Source: Dehalococcoidia bacterium
Lineage (GTDB): Bacteria > Chloroflexota > Dehalococcoidia > Dehalococcoidales > Fen-1064
NCBI GenBank assembly: GCA_011170375.1
Contig: DUEV01000002.1
Location: 263,052-327,051 of the forward strand
Length of the DNA stretch: 64,000 nucleotides
Reading direction: 5' to 3'
Shown: piece after piece, positions 35,357 to 43,605 of the stretch
Numbering within the stretch: position 1 is the first letter of the stretch
Layout: every line of letters starts with the position of its first letter
The notes under the pieces: model-generated
Database searches by the model: none
The model's input: only the letters and a program-made list of their open reading frames with translations
What the model was told of the DNA's origin: nothing
Translations under genes and position numbers: made by a program

Positions 35357-36132
35357 CTGCCCGGCATCTGTACATCCGAGACAAGGCTCTCCTGGCCCCG
35401 TCGGCGGCTGTAGGTAGCTGCGTTCTGTAAGAGGATCCCGGTAACTACAAGTAATATCCCGGCAAACAACTCTCGTGTCATGACCAGTAACACGATGGCA
35501 CCAGCCGTGGTAGCCAAACCGATAGCCCAGCCAGTCCAGCCAGCGATGCGCGTTGCCTTCTCATAGCCGATGTGTAATCTCCACAGCACTGCCCGCAACA
35601 CCCTGCCCCCATCCAAGGGCAGACCGGGGACAAAGTGCAGTATCGCCAGCATAAACCAGATAAACGCCAGCCATTGCATGAGCACCTGCACCATAATATG
35701 CTCGGTGTCCTTCAGGACAAAGTAGATCACAGAGAAGACCCCGGCGACCATTACATTGAATAACTGTCCGGAGACGGCGAGCAGCAGTTCAACGGAGGGG
35801 GAAGTCGTTTCCTTGTCAGCTTGAGACAACCCCCCAAAGACAAACAGGGTAACATTGTCCACTTTGACACCTCTCCTGACAGCGATGAAGTTGATGACGA
35901 GTTCACGAAGAGTAATCGCCACGAAGAACAGAAAGCTGGCAAACACTCCAAGAACTGCCCTCTGCCACAGGGGGTAAGTTGCAGAAAACTGAGTTATCAC
36001 GGCAACGGGTATCAGGATAATGGCAAAAAGCCAGGTATAGTGTATCCGGAAACGAATCCTGAAAAGTCTGACCAAAGCAGCGATGCTTCTCATCCTTCTC
36101 TCGGCGATAACAGTCCATCCATAGCGACTCAA
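35353..36132 (-). CDS. Site-2 protease (peptidase M50) family homolog lacking the HExxH zinc site
   Basis: 259 aa and collinear with M50 proteins (IRFRIHYTWLF..., ...VTLFVFGGLSQ, ...FVPGLPLDGGRVLRAVLW). However, the position of HELGH reads RELVI. Confidence 0.75.
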   Translation of the reverse strand: MSRYGWTVIAERRMRSIAALVRLFRIRFRIHYTWLFAIILIPVAVITQFSATYPLWQRAVLGVFASFLFFVAITLRELVINFIAVRRGVKVDNVTLFVFGGLSQADKETTSPSVELLLAVSGQLFNVMVAGVFSVIYFVLKDTEHIMVQVLMQWLAFIWFMLAILHFVPGLPLDGGRVLRAVLWRLHIGYEKATRIAGWTGWAIGLATTAGAIVLLVMTRELFAGILLVVTGILLQNAATYSRRRGQESLVSDVQMPGS

Positions 36133-36262
36133 CAGTCAGACACAATCATGGACGGGCAGTTAAGAATCCCCCGTTGCTACTACTAACCTCACTAGTCAGC
36201 CACTGCTATCCATGTAAAGCAAAGTATACAATTTCCAGTCTACTTAGATAACCACCCTATAA

Positions 36263-37153
36263 TCATGTGCTGATCTGAAGTATCCTGACTCTCTGACCGA
36301 TACCCCGATTTATGAGACCAAACCAGAACGTCTCCGCTACATTGGTCCCGTGCAACATAACCTTCACGGTGTATAGCCCTTGTCCTAGCTTTCTCTTCTC
36401 GTCTCTCCAGTCAGCCGGGGCACGAACAGCGGTATCATTATTGATACCGTAGCACTCTTCATCTACATCATACTTCAGCACCAGATTCAGGTAATACGGC
36501 GTGGCATCAGACGAGATATCAATCTGACTCACAGCTATAGTATCAGTTTCTCCTTCCACATCACTCGACCATTGACCCACCATCCCGAAAAAAAAGCTAT
36601 CGCGAGAAGCATCGTAAAACTCGACATGACCAGCCACTTTGTGAGCCATCAGGTCAGACGTCGGCAGGTCAGGCTCATTGGCAAAGGTCAGCCGTGTCAG
36701 CCAGGGTCGCTCTGTGATCTGCATCTCTCTACCTTGAGGTGAAATCAGCGGGGCTTCTGTTGCCTCCCATCCCAAAAAACGGATACACGGTCTGGCACCG
36801 CTCGGTAACCCGGAGGCCACTCTTGTTACCCCAGATCCACGTTCATCTTGTGATAGCAGAGAGTAAGTCGCGTAGCAGAAACCGACAATGGCAGACGTAA
36901 CAAGTATTGTCAGAGGCACCATCCACACCAAGAGCTTAGCTGCACCACTCAACTCAAAGTACCAGGAGACTATCCAGCCAACAAGTACCAGTACGGCGGC
37001 CACTAGTTCAACGTATACCAAAGGACTGGTGAAAGCCAGCGACAACCACTTAGAAAAAGCTGACCCTTTCATCGTACCTAATTCTAGCACTTTTACAGCC
37101 ACCATCCAATTGTCTTTATGATTAATAACCACAGTATTAAATGACGGCAGCAC
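36263..37153 (-). CDS. Hypothetical membrane-anchored protein
   Basis: 296-aa ORF with three N-terminal TM helices and a roughly 190-aa soluble domain. The start is uncertain (internal Met at residues 17 or 28). No family recognised. Confidence 0.5.
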   Translation of the reverse strand: MLPSFNTVVINHKDNWMVAVKVLELGTMKGSAFSKWLSLAFTSPLVYVELVAAVLVLVGWIVSWYFELSGAAKLLVWMVPLTILVTSAIVGFCYATYSLLSQDERGSGVTRVASGLPSGARPCIRFLGWEATEAPLISPQGREMQITERPWLTRLTFANEPDLPTSDLMAHKVAGHVEFYDASRDSFFFGMVGQWSSDVEGETDTIAVSQIDISSDATPYYLNLVLKYDVDEECYGINNDTAVRAPADWRDEKRKLGQGLYTVKVMLHGTNVAETFWFGLINRGIGQRVRILQIST

Positions 37154-37268
37154 TTACTTTATGAAAACTTAATGCCTTCTTTACAGAATCTTTACGTTCT
37201 TTATCCTTCCCTTTACACTAGCATGGTACATTTCAACTATAGCGAGATAACCGGGAAGGAAAACACCG

Positions 37269-37472
37269 ATGGAGTACACCACGTGGTATGAGTTCAAAAA
37301 GGAATGTGAAAAGCGACTGGGCCACAGTTTACTTAACAGCACCTGGTTGAAGGTGAAACCAATCGATCACCTTCCCTGGGATGAAGCCGATGCCGAGACA
37401 GTCATCTCCACAATAGCCAACCTCAGAGCAGCCGCCCAGCATGCTGAAATGGAAGCCGTGGAAAGACGCTAG
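37269..37472 (+). CDS. Hypothetical small protein (67 aa)
   Basis: The SD AAGGAA lies 10 nt before the ATG. The sequence is helical and charged. No family recognised. Confidence 0.4.
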   Translation: MEYTTWYEFKKECEKRLGHSLLNSTWLKVKPIDHLPWDEADAETVISTIANLRAAAQHAEMEAVERR

Positions 37473-37690
37473 TCTGCCAGCGGTTGATACTTCCCTATCC
37501 CGAATACAACATCGTCACCCACAGTGTACGCCCGCGCATTGACAACCAGAGCTCTTATTCCGACCATTATGACGTCTATAACCGTCTGCGGCCAGACCAA
37601 AGGCGATAAAAATACTCCATATTTCCCACCCTCTATCCAACTCCCACGACTGGTGTTATCGTAAGGACTGCGATATACTCTAGACAACAA
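37469..37690 (-). pseudogene. Relic of a DUF4157 (zincin-like, eCIS/toxin-associated) domain
   Basis: The ORF ends ...VVNARAYTVGDDVVFGIGKYQPLAD*. This matches the hallmark ArAfTvGxdIvFgxGxYxP segment of DUF4157, but it stops before the expected LLAHELxHV metal motif. Confidence 0.35.
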
Positions 37691-37723
37691 CAGGACACCT
37701 CTTCCTGTAATTAAAAAAACATC

Positions 37724-38533
37724 ATGCTTAAGTTACCTAGAATTCCACTGGGTCAGACCCCTGATTCCGTGGGACTGGCTTATGAGAATGTCTGTTTTCC
37801 GAGCCGTATTGATGGCACCCTCTTGAAAGGCTGGTACATCCCCGGGAAACGAGCCTTCACGCTAGTTATCGTTAATGGTGGCGCGCAGAACCGGGTCGAC
37901 CTCGAGACAGGGACACTGGAGATTAGTCAAGACCTGGTGGAGAAGGGCTACAATACACTGCTGTTCGACCTCCGTGGTCGGGGAGAGTCGGAAGGGCAAG
38001 GGTACCACCTGGTCCACTCCGAAAGAGACCTGGGCGGTGCAGTTGACTACCTGAAGCAGAGGTTTCCGTCGAGTAACATCGGCCTCATGGGATTTTCGAC
38101 AGGTGCCGCTGCTGCTATTATCTTCGCCAGCCGGGAGAAAGTCGCGGCAGTGATATCAGACAATTGCTTTGCCAGCGTTACTGACAGTCTGACAACCAAG
38201 CTCGCCACAGACTGGGGGGTGCCCCGCCTCATTGTCAGAATGATTGCCCCCATGCTGTTCCTGACAGCCAGGATACTACATGGTTACAAGAAGGTTGACC
38301 CGGTTGGTAGGGTAGCCGATATTACATGCCCCATACTCTTCATCCAGGGAGATGCCGATGACCTGGTACCTATATCTGAAGCTTATGAGTTGCATAAGGC
38401 ATCGGGTAATGCCCTCGATGACCTGTGGATAGTGCCCAACACCGGCCACACTCAGGCTTATCATACCAACCCTGCCCTATACATCGAGAGAGTAACCGGA
38501 TTCCTCGAAAAGACTGAGGTCAAGTCTGGTTAG
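37724..38533 (+). CDS. Alpha/beta hydrolase (S9/dienelactone-hydrolase-like)
   Basis: Nucleophile elbow GFSTGA, acid GDADDLVP and histidine NTGHTQAY. Confidence 0.8.
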   Translation: MLKLPRIPLGQTPDSVGLAYENVCFPSRIDGTLLKGWYIPGKRAFTLVIVNGGAQNRVDLETGTLEISQDLVEKGYNTLLFDLRGRGESEGQGYHLVHSERDLGGAVDYLKQRFPSSNIGLMGFSTGAAAAIIFASREKVAAVISDNCFASVTDSLTTKLATDWGVPRLIVRMIAPMLFLTARILHGYKKVDPVGRVADITCPILFIQGDADDLVPISEAYELHKASGNALDDLWIVPNTGHTQAYHTNPALYIERVTGFLEKTEVKSG

Positions 38534-38595
38534 GCACTTCCCTCTGGTAGCAAAATACACCCGTCCTGAGCTATATTGGTAGAGGGTGATACCGT

Positions 38596-40029
38596 TTGCC
38601 ACAGCCAGTCCTGCTTATCAATACCAACTTAGCACGACCTCCAGTTAGTCCAGTAGGTCTGGAGTATGTCGGCGAGGCCCTCGTAGAAGCCGGTCTGCCA
38701 GTCCGCATCCTCGACCTAGCGCTAGAAAACGACTGGCAGACAGCGCTAGCCAGAGAATTAGCACGAGAAGAGCCTCTTCTGGTGGGACTAACAGTACGAA
38801 ACACCGACGATTGCTCCTTTGCTACCAGAAAATCCTTCCTGCCATGGATTACTGAAATCACCGCCGAAGCAAAGCATCTCACCAGTGCGCCCGTTCTCCT
38901 CGGTGGTGTCGGGTTCTCCATAATGTCTGAAGCTGTCCTCAGGCTCACGGGAGCGGATATCGGTATCGCTGGTGATGGAGAAGAGGTCGTACCAGCCCTG
39001 CTCAAATGCCTGATAAATAATGAAGACATCAGACACCTGCCCAACCTTGTTTACCGGCAGAATGAAAAAATCATCTGTAACAGAAGAATAGACGTCAACC
39101 CCGAACTCTTCCCGATACCACGCCGCCGTCTCTTTGACAACCGGAGATATGAGGAACTGGGAGCGCTAGTAGGCATAGAGACGAAACGGGGCTGCCCCCA
39201 GCAGTGCATTTACTGCGCCGACCCCGTGGCGAAGGGGGCCAATGCACGACTCCGGCCACCTGGCAGGGTGGTACAGGAGTTCCGAGACCTGCTAACCAGC
39301 GGAGTATCATGGTTTCACCTGTGCGACAGTGAATTTAACCAGCCGCTTAACCACGCCAAGGCGATATGCCGTGCTATCATAGAAGCCAACCTGGGAGACA
39401 GGTTGCACTGGTACACCTACTGCTCGCCGGTGCCATTCGACCTCGAACTAGCCATGCTGATGAAACAGGCTGGCTGCAACGGCATCAACTTTGGAGTTGA
39501 CTCCCTTTGTGACGAGCAGCTATCGAGGCTGGGGCGCAGCTACTCCGTGGATAACATCCGGCAGCTAACACGCATCCTGGAGCAGACTGGACTGGACTAT
39601 ATTTTCGACCTGCTTATCGGCGGCCCCGGTGAGACACAGACCACCGTCACAACAACCATCGAGACCGCAAAAAAGCTCGATGTCCCTCTGGTTGGAATAG
39701 CCGCCGGTGTACGATTATACCCCGGGACACCGCTCAGCCGTGATATAGCCAGTGGCATTATCAGAGAAGGACTGCACCCTGAGGGGGCTTCTGAGTTCCA
39801 CGAACCAGCATTTTATCTGTCCCCTCATCTCGGTAATGACCCTTTCCAGCTAGTTCATGAGCTTGTAGGTAGTGACCCCCGCTTCCTATTGCTCGTATCT
39901 CCCGATGAAGAAGAGAGCTACAACTACACGGATGACCAGGCACTTTGCCGGATGATAGATGAGGGTGCCAGAGGCGCCTACTGGCACATCCTCAGTAAGA
40001 ACCGAGGGCAGACAGAAGCTACGCCATAG
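38596..40029 (+). CDS. Cobalamin(B12)-binding-domain radical SAM protein
   Basis: 477 aa with a TTG start. The N-terminal Rossmann-like B12-binding region (VLLINTNLARPPVSPVGLEYVGEAL...) is followed by ETKRGCPQQCIYCADP (CxxxCxxC). Confidence 0.8.
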   Translation: MPQPVLLINTNLARPPVSPVGLEYVGEALVEAGLPVRILDLALENDWQTALARELAREEPLLVGLTVRNTDDCSFATRKSFLPWITEITAEAKHLTSAPVLLGGVGFSIMSEAVLRLTGADIGIAGDGEEVVPALLKCLINNEDIRHLPNLVYRQNEKIICNRRIDVNPELFPIPRRRLFDNRRYEELGALVGIETKRGCPQQCIYCADPVAKGANARLRPPGRVVQEFRDLLTSGVSWFHLCDSEFNQPLNHAKAICRAIIEANLGDRLHWYTYCSPVPFDLELAMLMKQAGCNGINFGVDSLCDEQLSRLGRSYSVDNIRQLTRILEQTGLDYIFDLLIGGPGETQTTVTTTIETAKKLDVPLVGIAAGVRLYPGTPLSRDIASGIIREGLHPEGASEFHEPAFYLSPHLGNDPFQLVHELVGSDPRFLLLVSPDEEESYNYTDDQALCRMIDEGARGAYWHILSKNRGQTEATP

Positions 40030-40187
40030 CTCATCTCAATCATATATTTAATGGCACCACGACTACCCTGCCCGAATCTACGAAGAATACCAGCAAAATA
40101 TAGAAAATTCTCTCTTTCTGTGATTACACTGGAGCTAGTCACAACCCCCGTCTGATAGCCCGTTCTCATTGGTTGAGGAGGGATTAT

Positions 40188-40394
40188 ATGGGACAAAAGG
40201 GGTTCAGTGACAAATACCATAAACCCCATAATAGGGGCAGGTATATAGTTCAGCATTGGACAAAGGGGGCCAAACATGGTAACCTGCATCCAGTAATTCT
40301 AGGAGGAGGCTTAGCCATGACGAATAGAATTACCAATTGGGGGGAGTACTTCTCACACACAATGTCCTTTATCCGCAAGCTCCTATTCGAGTGA
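40188..40394 (+). CDS. Hypothetical basic small protein (68 aa); doubtful
   Basis: The SD GAGGAGGG lies 5 nt before the ATG at 40188. A second strong SD (AGGAGGAGG) precedes an in-frame ATG at 40316 (25 aa). No family recognised. Confidence 0.25.
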   Translation: MGQKGFSDKYHKPHNRGRYIVQHWTKGAKHGNLHPVILGGGLAMTNRITNWGEYFSHTMSFIRKLLFE

Positions 40395-40651
40395 GGGAGT
40401 TCACTCACAATCATCGGAGCTAGTTAGGAAGTATCCTCCCCTAGAAACCAACTCCTGACTAGGCACAAGTACCTGACCTGCGTATTCCGTAGCTTTTCTC
40501 ACGCTTTTCCAGTCAATTACGTAGATACCCCAAGACCTAGCTCATTTCCGATGAATGACAAGACGTCTGTGAAGGCGTATGAAGAGGGGAATCTCTTGTT
40601 ATAAACAATAGCATATGTGAATATGAGTCTGGAGCGAAGGAAGAAGTTGAT

Positions 40652-41329
40652 ATGACGACTATAGGTGAGCAGATTCTGATTAATATAGATGAGAAACAGG
40701 TCTTACGCGATGTCGGGTACTGTGCTACTTGTAAACCGCCGGCTCGCGTAACAGCACTAGCACGTGACTACGCAGCAAACGTAAATCAGCTGATTAATCC
40801 CGCATTTTCATATGTCATCAAAGATATTGACTTCGTCATTAATTCAAGTGTTTTTATTGAAGGCGGAGCTATTTTCCAAAGCCAGGTTATCTCTGAATTA
40901 CTCAAAAAGTGTGAGAAAGTGGCCGTATTTGCCCTGACTATAGATGGTTATCTTGAGGACACTGTTGCCCAGCTTGCAGAAGATGGGCTCATCGTACAGG
41001 CCAGGTTACTTGACGCCATAGGCTCAAACGCGGTTGAGCGGGTGGCTGACTATGTGCAGTATATAATAAAACAGAGGGTTAGCACTCAGGGGCTTCAAAT
41101 TAGTCGGCGCTTTAGCCCAGGTTATTGCGATTGGGAAGTAAACCAACAGCAGACGCTTTTCCGTACCCTTAATGGCAGTATCATCAGTATTCAATTGACT
41201 GAAGAGAACCTGATGATTCCCCGCAAATCAATATCGGGCATCATTGGTATCGGAACCCTTGCAAGCGAGATAGTGAGCTACAATCCGTGTTTATCCTGCC
41301 AAAAGCACGATTGTGTCGGCAGGAGATAG
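40652..41329 (+). CDS. Stand-alone protein resembling the MetH (B12-dependent methionine synthase) activation domain
   Basis: 225 aa. ...ISRRFSPGYCDWEVNQQQTLFRTL...LTEENLMIPRKSISGIIGIG resembles the RxSPGYxxW...LTExxxMxPxKSVSG core of the Met_synt_B12 domain. This is recalled from memory and not verified. Confidence 0.6.
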   Translation: MTTIGEQILINIDEKQVLRDVGYCATCKPPARVTALARDYAANVNQLINPAFSYVIKDIDFVINSSVFIEGGAIFQSQVISELLKKCEKVAVFALTIDGYLEDTVAQLAEDGLIVQARLLDAIGSNAVERVADYVQYIIKQRVSTQGLQISRRFSPGYCDWEVNQQQTLFRTLNGSIISIQLTEENLMIPRKSISGIIGIGTLASEIVSYNPCLSCQKHDCVGRR

Positions 41330-41335
41330 ACATTA

Positions 41336-42781
41336 ATGAAACCTATTCGTAAAGGTGTTATTGGAGGTAGATACAAGCCACTTTCCGAGGAGTCAGTAAA
41401 AAAAGTTCATGAGACCGCCATGCGGTTGATTGAGGAAGTAGGCTTCCAGGTAAACTCAGAAACAGCCTTGGGGCTTTTTCAGAAAGCTGGAGCCCAGGTA
41501 GACAGAGAAAGGCGGCTGGTACGTCTACCTCATGAAAAAGTAATAGAACTGATAAATACAGCTCCCTCCGAAGTCAGGTTTTGCGGGCAAGAAGAAGAGC
41601 ATGACATACTCCTTGGAGGGAGCCGTGTATATGCCGGTACCGGTGGAACCGCCCTCAATATCTATGAGCCAGACACAGGCCAAAGACGCCTCGCCACTCT
41701 GGAAGATATAAGGCGAATTGCCAAACTGGTCAATAGTCTAGACAATATCCATCTTTTTATGTTAGCTACCTATCCCAATGAACTACCTGTGGAGCAAGTA
41801 GACGTAAACCGCTTTTTTGCCGGGCTGGACAACAGCACCAAGCACATCATGGGTGGTGTCTACACAGCCGAGGGAGTGAAACAGGTAGTACGCATGGCCG
41901 AGATAGTGGCTGGCTCCGCAGAAGCTCTCCGGGAACGCCCAATTATCTCGATGATAGCCTGTAGCATGAGTCCCATGAAGCTGGATGCTCACTACGGTGA
42001 CCTGGTGGTTGTCATTGCCGAGAGCGGTATCCCGCTTGTATGCCCGGCCGAGCCTCTATGCGGGGCTACTTCACCGGTTACGCTGGCCGGTAATCTAGTA
42101 ATACAGACAGTTGATTCACTGATGGGTGTTATGCTCGCCCAGATTGTAAACCCGGGAACACCGACTATCTTCGGCTCAGTAGCCACCAGCACGGACTTGT
42201 CTAACCTTGGCTATCTGGCCGGTTCAATTGAGATGGGACTGATTAATGCCGCCGGTGCTCAGATGGCGCAATTTTACAAGCTCCCCTTTTATGCCACTGG
42301 CGGTATGACAGACTCCAAGGTACTGGATGCCCAGAGCGGTTATGAATCAGCCCTGACCGGTCTGCTCTGTGCACTGGCAGGCTCCAATTTTATCCACGAC
42401 GCCGCCGGGCTCATGGAATTCGCCATGACAGTATGCTATGAGAAGCTCGTTATCGACAATGAAATACTGGGAATGGTGATGAGAGCAGTCGAAGGCATCA
42501 GAGTGGACGACGAGACGCTGGCATTCGACCTCATCAAAGAGGTGGGGCCGGGGGGTAATTTTGCCACCGCCAAGCACACCAGGCGTTTCATGCGCACTGA
42601 GCACTACCTGCCTACTCTGACTGACAGAGACAGCCGGGCTGACTGGGAAACGAAGGGGAGCAAGGCCACCTGGCAGCGAGCCGGAGAAATCGCAAGGCAG
42701 CTTATAGCCGATAGTAACTACCATCTCCCTGAGACAGTCAGACAGCAAATACTCTCTGAAATGAAAGGTATAGTAGAATAA
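41336..42781 (+). CDS. MttB (trimethylamine methyltransferase) superfamily protein, non-pyrrolysine, paralog 1
   Basis: 481 aa. N-terminal YKPLSEESVKKVHETAMRLIEEVGFQV...FQKAGAQVD is typical of MttB. The frame is uninterrupted with no in-frame TAG. Confidence 0.9.
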   Translation: MKPIRKGVIGGRYKPLSEESVKKVHETAMRLIEEVGFQVNSETALGLFQKAGAQVDRERRLVRLPHEKVIELINTAPSEVRFCGQEEEHDILLGGSRVYAGTGGTALNIYEPDTGQRRLATLEDIRRIAKLVNSLDNIHLFMLATYPNELPVEQVDVNRFFAGLDNSTKHIMGGVYTAEGVKQVVRMAEIVAGSAEALRERPIISMIACSMSPMKLDAHYGDLVVVIAESGIPLVCPAEPLCGATSPVTLAGNLVIQTVDSLMGVMLAQIVNPGTPTIFGSVATSTDLSNLGYLAGSIEMGLINAAGAQMAQFYKLPFYATGGMTDSKVLDAQSGYESALTGLLCALAGSNFIHDAAGLMEFAMTVCYEKLVIDNEILGMVMRAVEGIRVDDETLAFDLIKEVGPGGNFATAKHTRRFMRTEHYLPTLTDRDSRADWETKGSKATWQRAGEIARQLIADSNYHLPETVRQQILSEMKGIVE

Positions 42782-42785
42782 ATAT

Positions 42786-43595
42786 ATGCTGGTAATCGGA
42801 GAAAAAATTAACGCTTCCAACAGGCTCGTTGCTGAGGCTATTATTGCTAGGAACGAAGGGTACATAGCGGGACTAGCCAAAGCGCAGGCTGACGCCGGGG
42901 CCGATTTCATTGACGTGAATGTTGGCACAGCCAAACAGACCAGGCAGGAACAGATGGCAGCCATGGAGTGGGCGGTAGAAGCTGTACAAACGGCCACTGA
43001 CAAGCCACTGGCAATTGATAGTGATATCCCTGAAGTCATAGAAACAGGTATGCGAAAATATGGCAAGGAAGAACTGGTAATTAACTCCGTCAATGCCGAA
43101 CCAGAAAAGTTGGAAGCAATAGGTCACCTTGCTGGCGGGCGTCAGGTGCGGCTGGTAGCACTGGCAATGAGTGCCGAGGGAATACCCCCCACCGCAGAAG
43201 AGAGACTGGCAACCTGCGAAACAATAATGACATACCTGACACGGCTCGGTGTTAGTGAAGAGCAGGTCTATTTTGACCCGCTGGTGCTTCCTGTAAGTGT
43301 CGATTCAGGACAAGCACTGACAACACTGAAGACTCTTGAACGAATCAAAGTGCGGTATCCACAAGCAAAAACAGTAATGGGCCTGAGCAACGTCTCCTAT
43401 GGTCTACCCAACCGAAAGCTAATAAACCGGGCATTCCTGCTAATGGCAGCCTATGTCGGACTGGATGCTGCCATACTCGACCCTCTCGACGCCAAAGCAA
43501 TGAGCCTCATTAAAGCCGCTGACATTCTCGTTGCAAAGGACCCGCAATGCCGGCGGTACATCAGAGCCTACCGAAACGGCACTCTGATGGCTTAG
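42786..43595 (+). CDS. Pterin-binding methyltetrahydrofolate:corrinoid methyltransferase (MtgA/MtqA/AcsE-like)
   Basis: 269 aa. MLVIGEKINAS..., GADFIDVNVG, and LSNVSYGLPNR, typical of the DHPS-like pterin-binding barrel. Confidence 0.85.
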   Translation: MLVIGEKINASNRLVAEAIIARNEGYIAGLAKAQADAGADFIDVNVGTAKQTRQEQMAAMEWAVEAVQTATDKPLAIDSDIPEVIETGMRKYGKEELVINSVNAEPEKLEAIGHLAGGRQVRLVALAMSAEGIPPTAEERLATCETIMTYLTRLGVSEEQVYFDPLVLPVSVDSGQALTTLKTLERIKVRYPQAKTVMGLSNVSYGLPNRKLINRAFLLMAAYVGLDAAILDPLDAKAMSLIKAADILVAKDPQCRRYIRAYRNGTLMA

Positions 43596-43605
43596 GAGAG
43601 ATACG

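Noticed and set aside
40030-40651. Cobalamin riboswitch upstream of the corrinoid cluster
   Set aside because: I looked on the + strand for the B12 box (…GCCACTG…) and the typical GC-rich multi-stem layout. Neither is present and the region is AT-rich with little stable pairing.
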